Shown one piece after another: positions 1 to 8,917 of a DNA stretch of 48,364 nt (position 1 is its first letter; every line of letters starts with the position of its first letter). Made by a program: the position numbers and the translations under genes. Source of the stretch: an uncultured Clostridia bacterium. GTDB taxonomy: Bacteria > Bacillota > Clostridia > TANB77 > CAG-508. The notes beneath the pieces are model-generated. The model had not been told where the DNA came from, made no database searches, and worked only from the letters and a program-made list of their open reading frames with translations. The stretch covers positions 1 to 48,364 of the forward strand of contig CALXJP010000028.1 of the NCBI GenBank assembly GCA_944388655.1, read 5' to 3'.

Positions 1-2
1 AA

Positions 3-623
3 AATGCAACAGAACTAGGTGGCTATAAAGAAATATCTTTTATGATTAATGGAAAGGGAGCTTACAGTAGATTAAAATTTGAAAGTGGGGTACACAGAGT
101 ACAAAGAGTACCAGATACAGAAAGTAGCGGAAGAATACACACTTCTACAGCAACTGTTGCGGTACTTCCAGAAGTAGAAGATGTAGAAATTGATATTAAT
201 CCTGCAGATATTAAAATGGAAGTATTTAGAGCATCTGGAGCAGGTGGACAACATGTTAACAAAACTTCATCAGCAGTAAGATTAATTCATATACCAACAG
301 GTATGGTTGCTGAATGTCAAACAGAACGTTCACAAGTACAAAATAGAGAATACGCAATGAAACTATTACGTTCAAGATTATACGAAATAGAAAAAGCAAA
401 GCAAGATAATGAAATAGCAAGTACAAGAAGAAGCCAAGTAGGAAGTGGAGAAAGAAGTGAAAAAATTAGAACATATAATTATCCACAAGGAAGAATTACA
501 GACCATAGAATTGGAATGAATATTTATCAATTTGAAGACTTTTTAAATGGAAATCTGGATGAATTAGTAGACAATTTAATTGCTGCTGATACAGCAGAAA
601 AATTAAAAGGTGAGGAGCAATAA
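3..623 (+). CDS. prfA: peptide chain release factor 1, C-terminal part (5' end outside window)
   Basis: The frame is open from the window edge (codons from nt 3: [13 protein letters not shown]...). It has the GGQ motif ([11 protein letters not shown]) and the RF1-type tail [16 protein letters not shown] rather than the RF2 pattern. Confidence 0.93.
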   Translation, partial: NATELGGYKEISFMINGKGAYSRLKFESGVHRVQRVPDTESSGRIHTSTATVAVLPEVEDVEIDINPADIKMEVFRASGAGGQHVNKTSSAVRLIHIPTGMVAECQTERSQVQNREYAMKLLRSRLYEIEKAKQDNEIASTRRSQVGSGERSEKIRTYNYPQGRITDHRIGMNIYQFEDFLNGNLDELVDNLIAADTAEKLKGEEQ

Positions 624-626
624 AAC

Positions 627-665
627 AATACTAGGACAAACTAATCGTGTCCTAGTATTTTACTT
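627..665. terminator. bidirectional intrinsic terminator between convergent genes
   Basis: 12-bp inverted repeat AATACTAGGACA (627-638) / TGTCCTAGTATT (648-659) with a T-rich 3' flank and A-rich 5' flank. It overlaps the last codons of the minus-strand gene. Confidence 0.6.
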
Positions 666-1741
666 TTATTAGGAGAATTTAAAAAATTGGAACTAGCAAG
701 AGAAAATAAGGAATATAAAGTATGAAATACAATATCTTTACTCTCTCTATCTATATTGGTATATGATTTTAAAATAACAGAAGCATGGTAAAACCAATTT
801 TTGCTTAAGCCTTCAATAGAAGTCACTTTGGTATCAGATAGAATTTGAAAAATAATATCAATAAATTTTTCTCGTTCCTCAGGAGAAACTTTTTCTAACC
901 ACTGTCGAATAGTCTTATCAATAAATAAACTTTTTACGGTTAAAGCATCTAACTTTTCAAATTTTGTACCATATACTTGCCAAGTAAATAAATCATGTTG
1001 CAATATTCCTGATTGAGAACTTTTTACGATAATAGACTTTCCTTTGTGATTTAATAATCTGCCAATAACAGAAGATTGAGGAACAAAGCAAATAAGTTTA
1101 TCCAAAACCGATTGATACTCTGAAGTTTGTATAATTTTTTCAGAAAAACCAGGTCCGTCATTATTATAAACCTGAATAATTTTATTTCTAGTATCATTAT
1201 TGCAAAATGCAGAAGAATAAACAGCTAAATTTCCCCCTTTAGAATGCCCTCCTACAATTAGCTTTTGTTCAGGATATTTTTTGGCAATTTTTTCTAAGTA
1301 AGTTAAACTATCCACTTGAGAAGGAACATTATCTAAAAAGCACATATTAAAATCTTCTTTCCAACCTATAATGGTGTCATCAGTTCCTCTAAATGCTACA
1401 TAAAGGTTTTGAGGCAGATGAATTACAATTGCAGAAAATTGTTTTTCAGCTTCCACACTTACATGATTAACAAAATCACTAATCATTAAATGAGAAAATC
1501 TTTCACTTTTGGCAAGTGCAGGAAATAAATCTAGATCTTCTTTTTGCAAAACAGAAGGCTTGGGAATTTTAGCAAATTGCCAATAAGCTTCTTGAATTGT
1601 CATACATTCAGTATCTCCTATAAAATCTTCAAAAGGAAGATAGGAAAGTCTAGAAAGAATTAAGTTATCTACTTCATTGAACTTTGCATAAGAAAAACTA
1701 ACATCTCCCCTCCAAGATAAATAATCTAGAATATTTGCCAT
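641..1741 (-). CDS. DUF2974/Mbeg1-like alpha/beta hydrolase (lipase class 3-related)
   Basis: Nucleophile elbow GGHSKGG and the block YVAFRGTDDTIIGWKEDF are typical of this family. I moved the start to ATG 1741 (GAGGTG RBS 6 nt upstream); the GTG at 1750 lies inside that RBS. Confidence 0.8.
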   Translation of the reverse strand: MANILDYLSWRGDVSFSYAKFNEVDNLILSRLSYLPFEDFIGDTECMTIQEAYWQFAKIPKPSVLQKEDLDLFPALAKSERFSHLMISDFVNHVSVEAEKQFSAIVIHLPQNLYVAFRGTDDTIIGWKEDFNMCFLDNVPSQVDSLTYLEKIAKKYPEQKLIVGGHSKGGNLAVYSSAFCNNDTRNKIIQVYNNDGPGFSEKIIQTSEYQSVLDKLICFVPQSSVIGRLLNHKGKSIIVKSSQSGILQHDLFTWQVYGTKFEKLDALTVKSLFIDKTIRQWLEKVSPEEREKFIDIIFQILSDTKVTSIEGLSKNWFYHASVILKSYTNIDRESKDIVFHTLYSLFSLASSNFLNSPNKSKILGHD

Positions 1742-1843
1742 ACATATCACCTCTTTTTTAGTATATCATATGTCAAAATATACAAAATTACAATATCCAA
1801 TGAAGAATAATCTTAATTTTTATACATATATATGTAAAAATTA

Positions 1844-2605
1844 ATGAAAAGGGAAGTGATAGATATTAATGCCATTATCAACACCACTTTAATAGGAATT
1901 TTTTTTGGAACATTTGGAACAACAATAGGTGGACTTATAGGAATATTTAGCCCATATACCTCAAAAAAATTCCTAAGTATGTTATTATCCTTTTCAGCAG
2001 GTCTTATGTTAGCTATTGTATGTTTTGATTTACTACCAGAAGCAATGCAATTGTCAAATATAGGTAGTGTAATTTTAGGAATTATTATAGGAATTACAGT
2101 TATGCTTTTTTGTGAAGCATACATCAAAAGAAATAAAAAAGTGGAAAAACAAAATACAAAACAAAATTTATTAACAACAGGAATGATAATCAGTATTGGA
2201 TTAGCCTTGCACAATTTTCCAGAAGGCTTAGCAATAGGCTCTGGATTTGAAGCTTCTATAGTATTAGGTTATTCTCTAGCCATAGCTATTTGCTTTCACG
2301 ATATACCAGAAGGAATATCAATGGCAGTACCTATGAAAGCTGGAGGAATGAAACATTTTAAAGTGATTTATTATGTAATATTATCAGGACTTACCACGGG
2401 GTTAGGAGCTTGCATAGGAGCATGTATAGGAGGCATTTCAACTCAAGTGATTAGTTTTTGTTTAAGCTTTGCAGCAGGTGCTATGCTATACATTGTATCA
2501 GGAGAATTAATACCAGAATCTAATAAACTTTATCAGGGGAAAATAAGTATTTTAGGAAATATACTAGGATTTTTATTAGGTTTTTTAGCTATGAATATCG
2601 TATAA
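1844..2605 (+). CDS. ZIP family divalent metal (zinc) transporter
   Basis: Polytopic membrane protein with the paired motifs HNFPEGLAIG and HDIPEGISMA, which are diagnostic of ZIP/ZupT-like transporters. Confidence 0.88.
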   Translation: MKREVIDINAIINTTLIGIFFGTFGTTIGGLIGIFSPYTSKKFLSMLLSFSAGLMLAIVCFDLLPEAMQLSNIGSVILGIIIGITVMLFCEAYIKRNKKVEKQNTKQNLLTTGMIISIGLALHNFPEGLAIGSGFEASIVLGYSLAIAICFHDIPEGISMAVPMKAGGMKHFKVIYYVILSGLTTGLGACIGACIGGISTQVISFCLSFAAGAMLYIVSGELIPESNKLYQGKISILGNILGFLLGFLAMNIV

Positions 2606-2685
2606 AATATCATAGAAAATAACTTGCATTTCTTTCATTTCTATTATACAATACAAACAACAATTTGATAGAAAAGGAGCAAAAA

Positions 2686-4998
2686 ATGCAAGATATATTA
2701 AAAAATTTAAACGATAAACAGCATGAAGCGGTAATAAATACAGAAGGACCTTGCTTAGTAATAGCAGGAGCAGGAAGTGGAAAAACGAAAGTTTTAACAC
2801 ATAAAATAGCATATCTGTTATCTGAAAAAAAGGTATTACCATGGAACATTTTAGCAATAACCTTTACCAATAAAGCTGCAAATGAAATGAAAGAAAGAGT
2901 AGAAAATTTAGTAGGAGATGTAGCAAAAGATATTTGGATGGGTACATTTCACTCTATATGTGTAAGAATTTTAAGAAAATTTATAGATAGAATTGGCTTT
3001 ACATCATCTTTTATTATTTTTGATACATCTGACCAAAAAACATTAATTAAAGAATGTATGAAAGCACTAAGTATTGATGATAAATTATTTTCTGAAAAGT
3101 CAGTTATAGCAGAAATTAGTAATGCAAAAAATGAAATGTTGGAGCCAAAAGCATATAGTACCAAATATGCAGGAGACTTTAGAAAAGAAAAAATAGCACA
3201 AATATATGAGCTATATCAAAAACGTTTAAAAGAAAATAATGCTATTGACTTTGATGATATTATCAATTTTACCATAAAAATACTAACAGAAAATCCAGAT
3301 ATACTAGAATATTATACAGAAAAATTTCGTTATGTATTAGTAGATGAATATCAAGATACGAATAAAGCACAATTTACTTTAGTAAGTATATTAGCATCAC
3401 GTTATGGAAATATTACAGTAGTAGGAGATAATGATCAAGGTATTTATTCTTTTAGAGGAGCAGATATCAGTAATATTCTTAATTTTGAAAAAGACTTTCC
3501 AGGAACAAAAATTATCAAATTAGAGCAAAATTATCGTTGTACAGGCAATATATTAAAAGCAGCTAATGCTGTTATAAAAAATAATGAAACAAAATATGAA
3601 AAAAAATTATGGACAGAAAATGAAGAAGGGCATCTTCCTATGATATATCAAGGAGAAGATGAATATGATGAAGCCAATTATATTGTTAATCAAATTCAAC
3701 ATCTAAAAACAGAAGAATATTACCAATATTCTGACTTTGCTATTTTATACAGAATGAACTCTCAATCCAGAGCAATAGAAGATATTTTAAGAAGAGAAAA
3801 TATTCCCTATAAAATTATTGGAGGACTAAAATTCTATGAAAGAAAAGAAATTAAAGATGCCATAGCTTATTTACGATTAATTGCTAACTCTTCTGACAAT
3901 TTAGCTTTAAAAAGGATTATCAACGAACCTAAAAGAGGAATTGGAAAAACAAGTATAGATCAAATTTCTGAAATATCAGAAAAAACAGGAACATCTATGT
4001 ATGAAATTATAAAAAATGCACAACAATATGGATTAACAAGAGTGCAGGCAAATACAAGAGAATTTATAGACACAATAGAAGAATTAAAAGCAAAGTATTT
4101 AAATATGAATATATCAGACTTAATTAAAGAAACATTAAATAAAACAGGTTATACAAAAGCATTAGAATTAGAAAATACTGTAGAAGCAGAAACAAGAATC
4201 CAGAACTTAGAAGAATTACTAACTGTAGCAATAGAATTTGAAGAAAGTGAAGCAGAACATACATTAAATGATTTCTTAGAAGGAATTACTTTATCTTCCG
4301 ATATAGATAATTTAGAAGAAACCGATGAAATGGTAACTTTAATGACTTTACATAGTGCAAAAGGGCTAGAATTTCCAGTGGTATTTTTAGTGGGAATGGA
4401 AGAGGGAATATTCCCTGGATATCAAGCAATTGCGGAACCAAAGGAATTAGAAGAAGAAAGAAGATTATTCTATGTAGGAATCACAAGAGCAAAAGAATAT
4501 TTGCATTTAACTTGTGCTAAACGAAGAACTATTTTTGGCTCAACAAGCTATAACTTAATTTCTCGTTTTGTGAAAGAAATACCTGCTACTTTATTAGAAG
4601 GGTATGAACAAATGGAAGAAAAACAAGAAGAAAATAGGCAGGAAAATAATTTTACATGGTCTTACGGAAAAAGTAGTTTGGGAACAAATTTTGCATCAAA
4701 AATTAAAACATATCGATTTGAAGAAAATAAACATGAGCCAGTAGCTGCTAAAAATAAAAGTCAAATAGGAAGCTTTGCTTTTAAAACACCAGAAAGCTTT
4801 TTAAAAGAAATAAATCAAAAAAAGGAAGTCAATGTATCTCAGTATCAAGGAGGACAAAGAATTTATCATAAAAAATTTGGAGAGGGCACTATTCAAAAAG
4901 TAGAACCAGAGGGAGATGATGCAAAAATAGATATACTTTTTGATAAAGTAGGGCATAAAAGACTTATGGCAAAATATGCAGGACTAGAAATATTATAA
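2686..4998 (+). CDS. pcrA: ATP-dependent DNA helicase PcrA/UvrD family
   Basis: Superfamily-1 helicase motifs: AGAGSGKT, DEYQDTN, VGDNDQGIYSFRGA, LEQNYRC, TLHSAKGLEFPVVFL and YVGITRAK, plus a C-terminal KKFGEGTI...YAGLE tail. I placed the start at ATG 2686 behind AAGGAG (2674-2679) rather than at TTG 2665. Confidence 0.93.
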   Translation: MQDILKNLNDKQHEAVINTEGPCLVIAGAGSGKTKVLTHKIAYLLSEKKVLPWNILAITFTNKAANEMKERVENLVGDVAKDIWMGTFHSICVRILRKFIDRIGFTSSFIIFDTSDQKTLIKECMKALSIDDKLFSEKSVIAEISNAKNEMLEPKAYSTKYAGDFRKEKIAQIYELYQKRLKENNAIDFDDIINFTIKILTENPDILEYYTEKFRYVLVDEYQDTNKAQFTLVSILASRYGNITVVGDNDQGIYSFRGADISNILNFEKDFPGTKIIKLEQNYRCTGNILKAANAVIKNNETKYEKKLWTENEEGHLPMIYQGEDEYDEANYIVNQIQHLKTEEYYQYSDFAILYRMNSQSRAIEDILRRENIPYKIIGGLKFYERKEIKDAIAYLRLIANSSDNLALKRIINEPKRGIGKTSIDQISEISEKTGTSMYEIIKNAQQYGLTRVQANTREFIDTIEELKAKYLNMNISDLIKETLNKTGYTKALELENTVEAETRIQNLEELLTVAIEFEESEAEHTLNDFLEGITLSSDIDNLEETDEMVTLMTLHSAKGLEFPVVFLVGMEEGIFPGYQAIAEPKELEEERRLFYVGITRAKEYLHLTCAKRRTIFGSTSYNLISRFVKEIPATLLEGYEQMEEKQEENRQENNFTWSYGKSSLGTNFASKIKTYRFEENKHEPVAAKNKSQIGSFAFKTPESFLKEINQKKEVNVSQYQGGQRIYHKKFGEGTIQKVEPEGDDAKIDILFDKVGHKRLMAKYAGLEIL

Positions 4999-5024
4999 AG
5001 ACTTTAGAAATAAAGTCTTTTTTT
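4997..5024 (+). terminator. intrinsic terminator after pcrA
   Basis: AAAGACTTTA (4997-5006), GAAA loop, TAAAGTCTTT (5011-5020), then TTTT. Confidence 0.85.
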
Positions 5025-5084
5025 GAATAGAAAATAAAAAAATGTTCATAATAAAATCAGTAAGATAGGAAAGGAAGGATAAAA

Positions 5085-5273
5085 ATGCCAAATTTAACAC
5101 AAGTAGAACTTCAAAACTTAAGACACTTAATAGGTGCACATGATACTTCATATCAAAAATTAAACTATTATGCATCACAAGCAGTAGATCCACAAATTAA
5201 GCAAATGTTTACAAAATCTGCACAAGATGCACTCAACACAAAACAAAAATTAATGTCATTTTTAAATGATTAG
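5085..5273 (+). CDS. small spore coat protein, CotF-like (Coat_F domain) family
   Basis: 62-aa protein LTQVELQNLRHLIGAHDTSYQKLNYYASQAVDPQIKQMF, resembling the short clostridial Coat_F proteins. It is paired with a second Coat_F-like gene 12 nt downstream and has the RBS GGAAGGA. Confidence 0.65.
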   Translation: MPNLTQVELQNLRHLIGAHDTSYQKLNYYASQAVDPQIKQMFTKSAQDALNTKQKLMSFLND

Positions 5274-5285
5274 GAGGTATGAAAA

Positions 5286-5528
5286 ATGGATGAAAAAACA
5301 ATGGTAAATGATGTTTTATCAAATGTAAAAGCAAGTCTTACAACATATCAAACAGTTATATCAGAAGCAGAAAACATGAATTTAAGACAAACCATCCAAC
5401 AAATGAGAAACAATGATGAAAGTTTTCAATATGAACTTTTTAAAGTAGCACAAACAAAAGGATACTATCAACCAGCACAACCAGCAACTGTTACGGAAGT
5501 TCAATCAGTAAAAAAACAATTACAATAA
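5286..5528 (+). CDS. spore coat protein, CotF-like (Coat_F domain) family
   Basis: 80-aa protein with VNDVLSNVKASLTTYQTVISEAENMNLRQTIQQMRNNDESFQYELFKVAQTKGYYQPAQPA, the typical Coat_F pattern. RBS is AGGAGG. Confidence 0.7.
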   Translation: MDEKTMVNDVLSNVKASLTTYQTVISEAENMNLRQTIQQMRNNDESFQYELFKVAQTKGYYQPAQPATVTEVQSVKKQLQ

Positions 5529-5533
5529 GCAAA

Positions 5534-5561
5534 AGGCATCTTTTTAGATGCCTAATTTTTT
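5534..5561 (+). terminator. intrinsic terminator after the coat-protein pair
   Basis: AGGCATCT (5534-5541), TTTT loop, AGATGCCT (5546-5553), then AATTTTTT. Confidence 0.85.
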
Positions 5562-5734
5562 AGTTGATAAAGTAATAAAAGCTCTCTATCAGAAGAAGTG
5601 ATTGAAAATGAAAGAAAAAAAGAGAATACTTAAAGAAAATAAAGAAAGTAATCTCATAAAAAGAAAAATATGAAAACTTTGCTCTTTGTAAAAAAATATA
5701 GAATTATATACAATAGAAAAAAATTAAGATAGGA

Positions 5735-6733
5735 GTGTTTAAAATAGGAAGAGTAAAAAAAGTTGCAACACATATACGTACATGGACCAAATTTACTATA
5801 TTAATTATTTTAGCCATTTTTCTTATAGTAGCTTTAGTAGCTTTTGTATATAAACCAATTTATAGTGTTAGTCTTAACGGAGAACAAATTGGATATTGCG
5901 AAAACAAAAGTGCATTACAAGAAAAGATTAATCAGTACATAGAAGCTGGCGATGGAGAAAATATTGCTTTTGTAGAAATTAATCAATTGCCACAATACAC
6001 CTTATGTTTATTAAAAAAAGGAATTACCCCTAATGATGAAGAAATATACCAAAAAGTAATTTCTAGTGGAACACCTTATTATAATTACTTTGCCATAGCC
6101 GTAAACAATGAAGAAAAAGCATATGTTTCAACTTATGCAGAAGCAGAGAGTGTAGTAAATCAATTAAAAGAAAAAGATAGTGCCAATAAAGATAAATTAA
6201 CTATCGTAGAAAAATATGAAACTAGTAAAAAAGATTTTACAGCAGTAGAAACTTGTGTTGCTAATTTATACGAAAAGAAGAAAGAAGTAGTGGTAACTAA
6301 AAGTAGTTATGTCCCTGCAGCATCAGTAAATACATCTAGTAAGAAAGTAAATTTAGGAATATCACTAATAAAACCAGTATCAGGCATTTTAACTTCTAGA
6401 TTTGGTTCTCGTTGGGGAAGCAGTCATAAAGGAATTGATATAGGAGCCAATAAAGGAACATCTATCAAAGCTGCGGCATCAGGAACAGTAACAATATCTT
6501 CTTATGGATATAATGGTGGATATGGTAATTATGTAATGATTTCGCATGGAAATGGTGTACAAACACTATATGGACATTGCTCAAAACTATATGTTTCAGT
6601 AGGACAAAAAGTATCTCAAGGAGAAACTATTGCAGCAGTGGGAAGTACAGGAAGATCTACAGGAAATCATTTACACTTAGAAATACGAGTAAATGGAGTA
6701 GCACAAAATCCATTAAATTATGTATCTTATTAA
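5735..6733 (+). CDS. membrane-anchored M23/LytM family metallopeptidase
   Basis: N-terminal TM helix (FTILIILAIFLIVALVAFV) and a C-terminal LytM domain with intact zinc ligands: HKGIDIG (HxxxD) and GNHLHLE (HxH). The GTG start is uncertain because it sits within the AGGAG. Confidence 0.85.
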   Translation: MFKIGRVKKVATHIRTWTKFTILIILAIFLIVALVAFVYKPIYSVSLNGEQIGYCENKSALQEKINQYIEAGDGENIAFVEINQLPQYTLCLLKKGITPNDEEIYQKVISSGTPYYNYFAIAVNNEEKAYVSTYAEAESVVNQLKEKDSANKDKLTIVEKYETSKKDFTAVETCVANLYEKKKEVVVTKSSYVPAASVNTSSKKVNLGISLIKPVSGILTSRFGSRWGSSHKGIDIGANKGTSIKAAASGTVTISSYGYNGGYGNYVMISHGNGVQTLYGHCSKLYVSVGQKVSQGETIAAVGSTGRSTGNHLHLEIRVNGVAQNPLNYVSY

Positions 6734-6745
6734 AATAAAAATATA

Positions 6746-6778
6746 ATCCAAGATATTCTCATATGTCTTGGATTTTTT
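6746..6778 (+). terminator. intrinsic terminator after the M23 peptidase gene
   Basis: ATCCAAGA (6746-6753) pairs with TCTTGGAT (6766-6773), followed by TTTTT. Confidence 0.8.
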
Positions 6779-6790
6779 AACCTAAGAAAT

Positions 6791-6915
6791 AATCGTACCC
6801 ATGTAAAAATACTTCGCATAGGTAGGTCATACGGATTTTCGTAGAAATACTAAAGAATTTCTAACCACAAGCCTACTCCATACCCTATGCTCTCTATTTT
6901 TATATGGGTACGATT
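6791..6915 (+). other. 125-nt element closed by a 21-bp inverted repeat (candidate inverton, structured RNA or MITE)
   Basis: AATCGTACCCATGTAAAAATA (6791-6811) pairs with TATTTTTATATGGGTACGATT (6895-6915). That gives 21 bp with one G:T, which is a valid G:U only on the + strand. Inner pairings are GCATAGG (6816-6822) with CCTATGC (6884-6890), plus two small hairpins (about 6830-6843 and 6842-6863). The element looks more GC-rich than its flanks. Confidence 0.6.
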
Positions 6916-6929
6916 TATATATAAGGTAA

Positions 6930-6978
6930 AAAACGTAATACAATTGTAACCAAAATGTCATTAAAACGTAATACAATT
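6930..6978 (+). repeat. two perfect 16-nt direct repeats AAAACGTAATACAATT, 33-bp period (candidate regulator binding sites)
   Basis: The copies lie at 6930-6945 and 6963-6978. The second overlaps the -35 position of the putative promoter of the 7046 gene. Confidence 0.7.
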
Positions 6979-7000
6979 AACTAAAAGGATAATATATAAT
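6972..7000 (+). promoter_or_regulatory. weak sigma-A-like promoter candidate for the pilin-like gene
   Basis: TATAAT at 6995-7000, with a poor -35 (TACAAT, 6972-6977) 17 nt upstream. Confidence 0.25.
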
Positions 7001-7045
7001 AGAAATAGTATAAAAGAATAAAAAAAGAGAAAACTAAAGGAAAAG

Positions 7046-8842
7046 ATGGGAGAGATGGTAAACATGAAGCAAAATAAAAAAGAACAAGCTGTAACCCTAA
7101 TAGCGTTGGTGGTAACCCTAGTAATCTTAATCATATTGGCAGCAGTGAGTATCAATATGGTGCTTGGTGACCAAGGCATATTAAAAAAAGCACAACAAGC
7201 AGCAAACAGCATGCATGACACAGAAGTCAATACGCAAATGGCATTTAATAGTATCACAGATGAGATGGATAAAATTATAGCAGGAAATAATACACAAAAT
7301 CCAGAATTACGCCAAGACACACCAAATGCACCAGAACAAATAGATGGGATGACACCAATTCAATTTATAGAACCAACAGAAACCCAAATGGGAAGTTACC
7401 AAGAAACGGATTGGAACGATAATACATGGTATGATTATAGTCAAAGTAAATGGGCCAATACAAAAAGTGAAGATGGAAGTATGTGGGTATGGATACCAAG
7501 ATATGCATATAAAATCACATATAATAACTCAGAAAATAAATCAGAAGGCGGAACGATAGAAGTAAGATTTTTAGAGGGAACATCAGATAATTATTATGAA
7601 AATGGAGAACTAAAAACAGCAAAAAGACAGACAAGCCCAGATGAAACAATAGATACAACAACAGACTTTTATGTGCATCCAGCATTTACGAATGAAAGTA
7701 GCATCAATTTTGCAAACGGTGGATGGGACACAGAACTTACGGGAATGTATGTAGCCAAATTTGAAGCAGGATTTCCAGAAGGAAATAATAATACAACGAG
7801 TGTAAAAAGTTCAGTAAGTTATACACAAGACACTGCATGGGTGACAGCAGTAGAAGCAGGAACAACAAGTGATTCAAGTCAAAATGCAAGGAATTGGTTA
7901 GATGGCATATATGGAAGTAATTATCCTAAGATTAGTTACCCTGTATTTCAACCATTAACGTATAGTATGAACTATATTAATCAAAATGATGCATATAATA
8001 TATGTAAAGTTATGAATGAAAGTGGAAATATCTATGGATTTACTACTAATTCATCAGATACGCATTTAATGAAAAGTAGTGAATGGGGAATGATAAGCTA
8101 TTTAAGTTATAGTCAATATGGAACAAAAGGACAAGATATAGCCATCAATAATGCGAGTTTAAATAGTGGAAGAACAAAAAGAACGGTAACAACAGGGAAA
8201 AATGGGGTAGATAGTGTATATGGAATCACAGGAATGACACAAGGTTTAACAGATGGAGAAGAAACGGTAGTTAAAATAGATGAAATAAAAGCATTATCAG
8301 GAAATACTCCAACAACAACGGGAAACATGTACACATGGAATCAACAAGGAGGAGTAGTAGCCTCAAGTACAGGAAATATGACAGGGGTATATGATTTATC
8401 AGGAGGAGCATGGGAAAGAACAGCAAGTTATGTGGCAAATAATTATAAAAATCTATTGATATATGGAGAGTCATTAGCATATAACGCAGGTATATTAAAA
8501 ACAACAAGCACAAAATATACCATGGTATATCCACATGATAGCACAGTAGATAATAATACAAAAGATGATACAGAAGAAAATTTAAATGCAGCAAGTAACG
8601 CAAATTATGCAAAAAATACAAAGATATATGGAGATGCGATAAGAGAAACGTCAACGGTAGGTATTAGTACTAGCTCGTGGGAAGATGATTACTCAGAGTT
8701 TGCTGGCTTGCACCATCCATTTATGACAAAAGGAGGATATTTCTCGCTTAAATCACATGCCGGTAGATTTTTCTTTGCGAGCCAGTATGGTGATAGTCAT
8801 TTTAGTGTTGGATTTCGTCCAATAGTTGTACCCGTAAGTTAA
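7046..8842 (+). CDS. pilin-like N-terminus fused to an FGE-sulfatase/SUMF1-like domain; secreted or surface protein
   Basis: The N-terminus MKQNKKEQAVTLIALVVTLVILIILAAVSINMVLGDQGILKKA resembles Firmicute prepilin-type leaders, but it has Ala at -1 and Ala at +5. C-terminal landmarks of the FGE-like fold are GVYDLSGGAWERT and the terminal HFSVGFRPIVV. ATG 7064 is an alternative start. Confidence 0.6.
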   Translation: MGEMVNMKQNKKEQAVTLIALVVTLVILIILAAVSINMVLGDQGILKKAQQAANSMHDTEVNTQMAFNSITDEMDKIIAGNNTQNPELRQDTPNAPEQIDGMTPIQFIEPTETQMGSYQETDWNDNTWYDYSQSKWANTKSEDGSMWVWIPRYAYKITYNNSENKSEGGTIEVRFLEGTSDNYYENGELKTAKRQTSPDETIDTTTDFYVHPAFTNESSINFANGGWDTELTGMYVAKFEAGFPEGNNNTTSVKSSVSYTQDTAWVTAVEAGTTSDSSQNARNWLDGIYGSNYPKISYPVFQPLTYSMNYINQNDAYNICKVMNESGNIYGFTTNSSDTHLMKSSEWGMISYLSYSQYGTKGQDIAINNASLNSGRTKRTVTTGKNGVDSVYGITGMTQGLTDGEETVVKIDEIKALSGNTPTTTGNMYTWNQQGGVVASSTGNMTGVYDLSGGAWERTASYVANNYKNLLIYGESLAYNAGILKTTSTKYTMVYPHDSTVDNNTKDDTEENLNAASNANYAKNTKIYGDAIRETSTVGISTSSWEDDYSEFAGLHHPFMTKGGYFSLKSHAGRFFFASQYGDSHFSVGFRPIVVPVS

Positions 8843-8865
8843 TATCTTGAATGCATTAAAAAGCA

Positions 8866-8900
8866 AAAAATCGTGTTATGATAAGCATAACACGATTTTT
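8866..8900. terminator. bidirectional intrinsic terminator between convergent genes
   Basis: AAAAATCGTGTTATG (8866-8880), ATAAG loop, CATAACACGATTTTT (8886-8900). The 15-bp stem includes an A-run and a T-run. Confidence 0.88.
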
Positions 8901-8917
8901 AAAGAAAAAAACATTTT

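Noticed and set aside
5030-5084. Sporulation sigma-factor (sigma-K/sigma-E) promoter upstream of the CotF-like genes (CATAATAAA near 5045).
   Set aside because: It matches only part of the CATA---TA -10 consensus and has no clear -35 element, so it is too degenerate to assert without a TSS.
5608-5673. 21-codon highly basic micro-ORF (MKEKKRILKENKESNLIKRKI) between the coat-protein genes and the M23 peptidase gene.
   Set aside because: It has no convincing RBS, and its composition is what A-rich intergenic DNA yields by chance. I cannot support it from sequence alone.
6791-6915. Known riboswitch, tRNA or retron msr-msd identity for the inverted-repeat element.
   Set aside because: I found no match to remembered consensus cores (c-di-GMP-I/II, purine, TPP, SAM, preQ1, T-box) and no tRNA T-arm sequence. 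No reverse transcriptase gene follows, as a retron would require. I therefore left its class open instead of naming one.
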